Part shown: positions 57,775 through 64,000 of the stretch, piece by piece | Layout of the letters: each line of letters starts with the position of its first letter | How positions within the stretch are numbered: the stretch's first letter is position 1 | Assembly: GCF_009914755.1 (NCBI RefSeq) | Contig: NC_060947.1 | Strand: one strand, 5' to 3' | DNA from: the human T2T-CHM13v2.0 reference genome, Homo sapiens | DNA: 64,000 nucleotides | The notes under the pieces: generated by a model | Databases searched by the model: none | What the model saw: the letters and a program-made list of their open reading frames with translations, nothing else | Told to the model about the DNA's origin: nothing | Translations under genes and position numbers: made by a program

Positions 57775-57880
57775 CCCCTCTAATTGGATTAATACGGTGT
57801 TTTCTGACCTATGACTAAGAAGGCTGCTTGCATATTATAATTTAAAGTCAACTTTCCAAATTCCACTAAATATTTAATGA
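57775..57880 (+). promoter_or_regulatory. Putative promoter motif cluster
   Basis: CTAATTG (57780-57786), GGATTA (57786-57791), TGACCT (57805-57810), TATTATAA (57833-57840), AAGTCA (57845-57850) in repeat-free DNA upstream of the candidate exon. Motifs are short, so support is weak. Confidence 0.25.
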
Positions 57881-58051
57881 GTGTCCTTGACAGAAAGGCA
57901 GAAAATCTAACTAAAATCTCAAAAATGGCTCTTTAAACTCATTCACTGAGAAAGAAAATGAAACAGAAGACAAGAAAGTTTATATTCCAAGCAGAAACTT
58001 GTAATTATCACATTGGACCACGCATCTGTCTAGCCACCTTCTGTTCACAAG

Positions 58052-58121
58052 ATGAAATTCAAACTGTTGATGTGCTGGCTTGCTATTCTTGTTAGTCTAG
58101 TTTCCTCCTGTGTGCCTGCAG
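58052..58121 (+). CDS. Candidate first coding exon encoding a signal peptide (MKFKLLMCWLAILVSLVSSCVPA + phase-1 G)
   Basis: Kozak-compatible acaagATG (A at -3); basic n-region, hydrophobic h-region and V-P-A c-region; followed directly by CAG|GTAGGA donor. No downstream exon identified and gene not recognised. Confidence 0.33.
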
Positions 58122-58734
58122 GTAGGAATGCTCTGCATTGCTATTTTATTTCACTGACATTTTGAGAAAGTAGAATGACCCTTCTGTTTTTATCACCCTG
58201 TCCCTAATAGGATCTCTTACCAGATTGCCCCCAGAAAAAGCTATTTATTGTTATTTCCTTTTATTGTTTTCTTTTTTGTCTTTCTGCTAACTTTCCATGG
58301 AGAAAGTTTATGTGAGCATTTGATTGGGGTGGGGGCGGGTGGGAGAGTGAGAAGAATAAATTGCTGGCTTTGATTCTTGGCTATGAACTGCAGCAGATTT
58401 TTGGCCAAAATTGTTCATTTCTATCGATTTAATGAGAATTCTTAACCCCAAAAGTTGAAAAAGAAAATCCTAAAAAATTTAGATTATGATTTTCTGACTT
58501 TTGTACTATAGACCATGAGTTTAGAATTTTTTTTAAGTGTGTTTAAGGAGGAAGTGACTGTATACTCAACTAAGTTTTGAGAAATTTTTACATGATATTT
58601 TCTATGTAAGTAAACTTTTACAATTTCAGTCAATTTTAATTATTATTAAATATTTCCTATAATTTTAATTATAAATAACTTCAATAATTACAATTATTTA
58701 CAATTTCAATTATTATTTATAATAAATATTAAGT

Positions 58735-59270
58735 TAATGTTTATTGAGCACTCACTGTGTTCAGGAACTATTGTTAGTTCTGGGAATAAAATGGTGAGGT
58801 GAATAGGGCAAATATGGTTCCTGCCCTCATGGACATAACATCCTACCTAATTGGGAACATAGAAAATACACAAGTCAATGAATACATAAATGAGATAATC
58901 ATATAATAATAAATGCTTTGAATTCAATAAAACAGGGGGATGAGATTGAGTATGGCAGGAGAATGAGTTGGAAGCACTTTAGATAGAATCATTAGCGAAG
59001 GGATCTCCAAGAAGCTGATATTGACCTGAAACCTAGACTGTTACAACTGGAATAGCAAGGAGAAGAATGGGCATGGAGAACAATGAATACTGGAAATGCC
59101 CTCAGGCAGGCAACAGTTTAGTGTCATCAAGGAATAACAAGAGAGTCCATACAGCTGAAGCAGGGTGATATAAGGGGAAGAATGATGCCAAATGATGCTT
59201 ATGTAGGACCTAGTAGCCCTGATAGAGATTGAGCCATTTTCAGCAGGAAAGTGACTTAATTCAATTTACA
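58735..59270 (-). mobile_element. L2 3' region
   Basis: 'atgtttattgagcactcactgtgttcagg...atggttcctgccctcatgga...ttttcagcaggaaagtgacttaattc'. Confidence 0.8.
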
Positions 59271-59560
59271 TCGAGATTTGAGAAGTACTATCTTAGAGAA
59301 ATCTGCTTAGCATTTTAAATCCAGTAGTTCCCAAGCATAATTGGTCACTAGAGACTTTCATCCCTATAGAACACATTTTAGCATCTTGCATACTAGCATC
59401 CCATAGCTCACCATTTTAGGAAATACTTGTTGAGATAAATTTATGAACGAAATATCCATTTTGCAGTAATATGAGATGTTTGAGAATGCATGGAAAATAC
59501 AGATGAATACAGGGAGACAGATGAAGTATACAAATACAGACCTTTTTGCCCTAGTTTTAG

Positions 59561-59598
59561 ACAGGGTACTGAATATATCACAGGGTACTGAATATTTC
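59561..59598. repeat. 19-bp tandem duplication
   Basis: acagggtactgaatatatc / acagggtactgaatatttc. Confidence 0.88.
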
Positions 59599-60049
59599 AT
59601 AGGGTTGGGCTGGGTTTTGAGAGGAGGAAGTTTTATATCCTTATAAAATAACCACATTTTCTCATCTCAAACGCTTCTCCTACTTGTTTTCAAGAAGACT
59701 TCTATTTTACCTAGTCTCCTCCCAAATGTTTGCTCATAGAAAGTCCTGGAGGAAACACAGCTTGACCAAGACTTATGTTTGTGTGGTCTGCTTTAAGAAA
59801 CCAATCAGTAATACACTTATTTATTGCAATATGAATCTTTCAGAAGAGGAAAGGAAGATAGGGAAGTGAGTAAGAAGAGATAGCTGAGTACTAGGTGAGA
59901 GAAAGGGAATATTCAAGTTGAATTTATGGAGCTCCCATCCATGCATACCAGGATCGTTCCATAAGCCATGTCATCTGCTCCTTGTGAGATATCAGAAAGA
60001 TAAAGACAAGATGAACTTGAGGGAAAGAGTGAGAAATTGATGGGAAACA

Positions 60050-60140
60050 ATCTAGTTGAGCAGTTAATAGCATAAGCTTTGAAATCAGACTCAGGTTCCA
60101 GACCCAGCTCTGCCACTTCCTAGCTTAAGACAAGTTAATT
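60050..60140 (+). mobile_element. MIR 5' fragment
   Basis: 'gcataagctttgaaatcagactcaggttccagacccagctctgccacttcctagc'. Confidence 0.7.
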
Positions 60141-60143
60141 AGT

Positions 60144-60343
60144 TCTGTGTTGTCCAGTGGAACTTTCTGCAATAATGAAAATATCCTTTATCTGAGCTGT
60201 CCAGTAGCTTAGCCACCAGCCACATGGGGCTATTAGGCACTTGAAGTATGGCTAGTGCAACTTTGGAGTTGAAATTTTAATTAGCTTACATTTAAATTTA
60301 AAGAGCCACATGTGGCTACTAATTACCAAGTTGGGTGATGCAG
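60144..60343 (+). mobile_element. MER3-like hAT-Charlie MITE
   Basis: 'ctgtgttgtccagtggaactttctgcaataatgaaaatatcc...gccacatgtggctact...ttgggtgatgcag'. Confidence 0.85.
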
Positions 60344-61719
60344 CTCTAGGTGTTTGGAATTCTGGGACTGATGTGAAGAGAAAATATTTGAAATACCTCT
60401 GGATTCAGAAGGGGGAAAAGCAAAGAGATAAAAAAGAGGGAAAATTTTAAAGGTGAGACAAAGAAAAGGAATGAAACTTCCAAAATAACTGAGATAAGAA
60501 TGTAAGAAATACTATTCTTAGTTCTATCATCCAGCCAAATAGAAACCTTATAAGAGAATAAGATGATTGTCACCTATGGCATCCCTTTAAGAAGGTGAAT
60601 GGTAAGACCCACCATATATGTACCTTTCCCTTATGTCTAGCACCCAAAAGTCTCTCTCAGCCCTTCTCAACATTTTTTCTATTTTCAGCCTGCATCACTT
60701 CCTAAGGTAACCAGTTCCATATGTTTACCACCTGCTGGATAAAGTGATATTTTTATTTTATTGCATTCAAACTACCACCTCTAGCTCCAAGTAATAGTAC
60801 TTTTCTTTGATGAGTTCCATTTGCTTTAAAGATATACCGAAATAACCCAATGACAAACGAACATTCCAATTCTTCTCCTGAAGGCTTGGCTAATATAACT
60901 GCATTTGGTCCTCAGAGGACTCAGAGTCAGATGGAATATTCTGTGGTCTCGTAGTTTGGTCTAGCCTGCCTTGGCACTTGAAATCCCTTTGGTTAAGGTA
61001 TTCTATTGGGTAAAGGCTTTGCTTTTAGTTACCCATTAAAATACAAGTGTGCCAGAACTGTAGTCAAAAGCAATCACATAACACCTTGACTTACTGTTTT
61101 CCTACATTGGGTTCTGAGGACCTGGGACCATGTCAGTTTGGATTTGGAAAGATTATATAGAGAAAGGTCTGAATCATGGAGGATCTGCTGCCCAGGGCAA
61201 AGTATCACAAAGTGAATCAGTACAACAGTCCTGTGCATTTGTAGAGGAAACAAGAAAAAAAAGACTTGAATAACGACATTAAACAATACCAGTTTTAAAA
61301 TTTAAATTTGTTTCTCCTTCACTGTGGGACTTTTCTTGTTGCTTCATTGTCTCACAATGGAAGGTCCAAGATAGAGGATGCAGAATGACAACATGAAGCT
61401 GTTCTAACTCCCTTCATAATCAACTGATTGAAAAGATTGGTAATAAACAATGAAAACTTTTTCATTGGACTGATTCTCTTACTGAGGACTTTATTTGGCC
61501 TTTAAGTATTTTCTAGCCAACCTTCTTTATATGGATATTTTAATTGTCTCTGTGAAGCCTTCAGTTTGGCTTCTTTGACTACATCCTCCCTGAATCTGTC
61601 AGTAATATAACAATGCATCATTTTGTCCCAGTCCTACATCTTGTTAATGACACTAGACTAGTACAAACTGAGTTCAAAGATAAGTATTCATGTAATTACA
61701 CTGCTTATAGAACACTATG

Positions 61720-62930
61720 TTCTTCATTAAATTTAACAAATAGTTCTTGAGCATCTGCTATGTAGGGCTATAGAGGACATGAGCATAAATTTAAAAAGTA
61801 ACCCCTGCCTTCAAGAAACATATTATGTGGAATATTGTGTCCCTCTACTATACATTATTCAATATTTATTTTATTTATTTATTGTATTATTAGTATTTAC
61901 TATGTCAGAAACTGTCCTAGGAATTGAGTAGGTGGCAAACAAGACAAGCACATTCTCTGCCCTCAGAGAGCTTTGTATCTCACCGATGTTTGTGATCTAT
62001 TTTGGTGTGAGGTTCAGCTCATCTTAGTTTACCCAGCGTGAAAGTCATTTATTTGGGCATCCATTTTATGTCTCCCTTAGGAGAGGCATCAATGGAGAAG
62101 AGGATATTTAATATAAGGTTGGAAGGATTTCATAAAACAAGAATAAAAAGAAGACATTTGAGTCAGTAGAAACCAGCATGACTACAGTGATGGATGTATC
62201 CAAGATATACAAATAGTCAAGTCTGGAAGGATAGTAGAGTTCATGAAGTGAATTTAAAAAAAATAAAGCTGGAAATTCAATTGATAGAATATTAAAGAAA
62301 GCCTTGAATGCTAGGGTAAGAATTCAATTCTTAATTCACTAGACAGGGTTCAATTACATGTTTAATATGTTTAGAATTTTTGAGCAAAGAAATGATATGA
62401 GCAAATACAAACTTTCAGTAGATTAATCTGACATCTTGTGTGTTGGATGGCTAGGAAATTAGAAAAACAGAAGGAAGGGAGATGAATTAGAAGGCTTTTA
62501 TAATAGTCAAGACAAAAGGCAATGAAGGCCTATACAGGGAGAGTGTCAGTGGGCATGGAAAGAAGTAGATAGGTCCAACAATAAAATCTACATGACTTGG
62601 AAACTCACAAATTTTATGTAGAAAAAATCAGAGGATGACAAAGGTGGGCTGGAAGAAAGAATCATATCTTGCACATTAGTTATAAATAAAAAAGGAAATA
62701 AAGTTTATTTCAATTTCTGAGGGTTCCCTAGAGATCCTCTCATTTGAGAAATGGCATAGCAATATTAAAAAGAAATGAGGAGTTTATATAATCCATATAT
62801 CTAAGGGTATGACTATGTTCAATTCAACACATGCTTTATTGAAACTCTATTATGCCCTAAGCACCCTTCAAGGCACTGGGGGTAAAATGGTGAAGGAAAA
62901 TAGGCATGGCTCCTGCCTTTAAAATGTTAT
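61720..62930 (-). mobile_element. L2 fragments (several 3' ends and internal piece)
   Basis: 'ttaacaaatagttcttgagcatctgctatg', 'gaaagccttgaatgctagggtaagaatt', 'ttcaacacatgctttattgaaactctattatgcc'. Confidence 0.7.
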
Positions 62931-62937
62931 AGTCTTC

Positions 62938-63500
62938 TATGTCTCAAAGAACTAAAAGTAGAACTACCATTAGACCTGGCAATCCCACTACTGGGTATCT
63001 GCCCAAAGGAAAAGAAGTCATTATATGAAAAAGACACCTGAATTCATGTGTTCATCACAGCACCATTCACAATAGCAAAGTCATGGAATCAACCTAAGCA
63101 TACATCAATGGTTGATTGGATAAAGATAATGTGGTATATATTCACTATGGAATACTATCCAGCAGCCATAATGAATAATGAAATCATGTCCTTTCCTACA
63201 ACATGGATGGAGCTGGAGGCCAATATCCTAAGTGAACAAATTCAGAAACAGACAATAAAATATTGCATATTCTCACTTTTAAGAAGGAACTAAACAATGG
63301 ATACTCATGGACTAATGATGGAAACGATAGACACTGGGGACTCCAAAAGTAGAGAGGGTTGAAAAATTACCTTAGATACAATACTCAATATTTGAGTGGT
63401 GAGTACACTAGAAGCCCAGTCTCCACAATTATGCAATGTACCCTTATAACAAACATGCACATATACCCTCTGAATCTAAAATTTAAAAAAAAAATAAGAG
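62938..63500 (+). mobile_element. L1PB4/L1PA16-17-like 3' end
   Basis: ORF 63048-63293 (WNQPK..WYIFTMEYY); 3'UTR 'gagtacactagaagccc...aacaaacatgcacatataccctctgaatctaaaat' plus A tail. Confidence 0.85.
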
Positions 63501-63684
63501 AACAATAACAAAAATCTGGGGTACTGAATGTTTGTAGATAGAAATTTACGCCTAGCTCAAAACTACCACACAAAGAACTTCTCCCCTTAGTACTTACCGG
63601 TAAGCAAAAATAAGCATAAACCAAAACAAAAAGTTTACTCTTCCGAATTAAATAGCTAGATAATAATCTGATAGTAATTAATTT

Positions 63685-64000
63685 AAAACATATTTCATGA
63701 GCATATACTCTATGTTAGAGTCTGTCCTAGGTGCTATAACACGACAATGAGCAAAACAGCTAAAAAAATCCTTATATTCCAGTAGAGTAGATTGACTCCC
63801 CAAAAGTAAACAAATAGAATAATTTCATAGAATAATTGTCACGAATAATGGAACTAGGTAACAGAATAAAGTGGCTGGGGTGATGTGGTTTATTTTTGAT
63901 AGGGTGTCCAGGAAAGGGCTTCTTGAGGAGGGAGCGAATCACACAAAATACCTAAAGAAAAGGTCCACCAAGCAAAAGGAAAAGCAAGTATGAAGGTCCT
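63685..64000 (-). mobile_element. L2 3' region (runs off window)
   Basis: 'catatttcatgagcatatactctatgttagagtctgtcctaggtgct...gatagggtgtccaggaaagggcttcttgaggagg'. Confidence 0.7.

Noticed and set aside
58600-58735. AT-rich quasi-repeats (caatt/aattatt)
   Set aside because: Low-complexity DNA at an L2 3' end with no stable period.
60689-60706. 18-nt microexon-like segment (ttttcag|cctgcatcacttcctaag|gtaacc)
   Set aside because: It lies in sequence resembling a CR1-type relic; splice-like ends of this size occur by chance and no transcript evidence is available.

Overview
This is primate (catarrhine-type, probably human or ape) nuclear DNA, non-coding and dominated by transposon relics. It contains no intact protein-coding gene, RNA gene or CRISPR array. 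Nearly every ORF in the track is a decayed LINE-1 ORF1/ORF2 fragment, an antisense L1/Alu read-through, or a chance ORF. Bases 1-20.9 kb are almost entirely LINE-1: (i) a near full-length L1PA14/L1PREC2-like element in an older L1MA copy, (ii) a reversed old L1M 5'UTR with a G-rich minisatellite, and (iii) a three-level nest (L1MA > L1PA8-10-like > L1PA4-like) with readable target-site duplications (TSDs). Bases 21-64 kb are a mosaic of MIR, L2, L3/CR1, MaLR/MLT2 LTRs, MER DNA transposons, Alus and further L1s, with short unique islands. The best leads are: a candidate signal-peptide-encoding first exon (58052-58121) behind a homeobox/nuclear-receptor motif cluster; a splice-like deletion in the ZNF93-target region of the L1PA4 5'UTR; near-identical ~0.8 kb ORF2 deletions in two unrelated L1s; a retained antisense promoter/ORF0 start pointing into a host L1 3' end; a trimeric AluY/AluS chimera; and several templated or fold-back insertions. 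Subfamily names come from recalled consensus features and need RepeatMasker/Dfam confirmation. Boundaries of old repeats are approximate.
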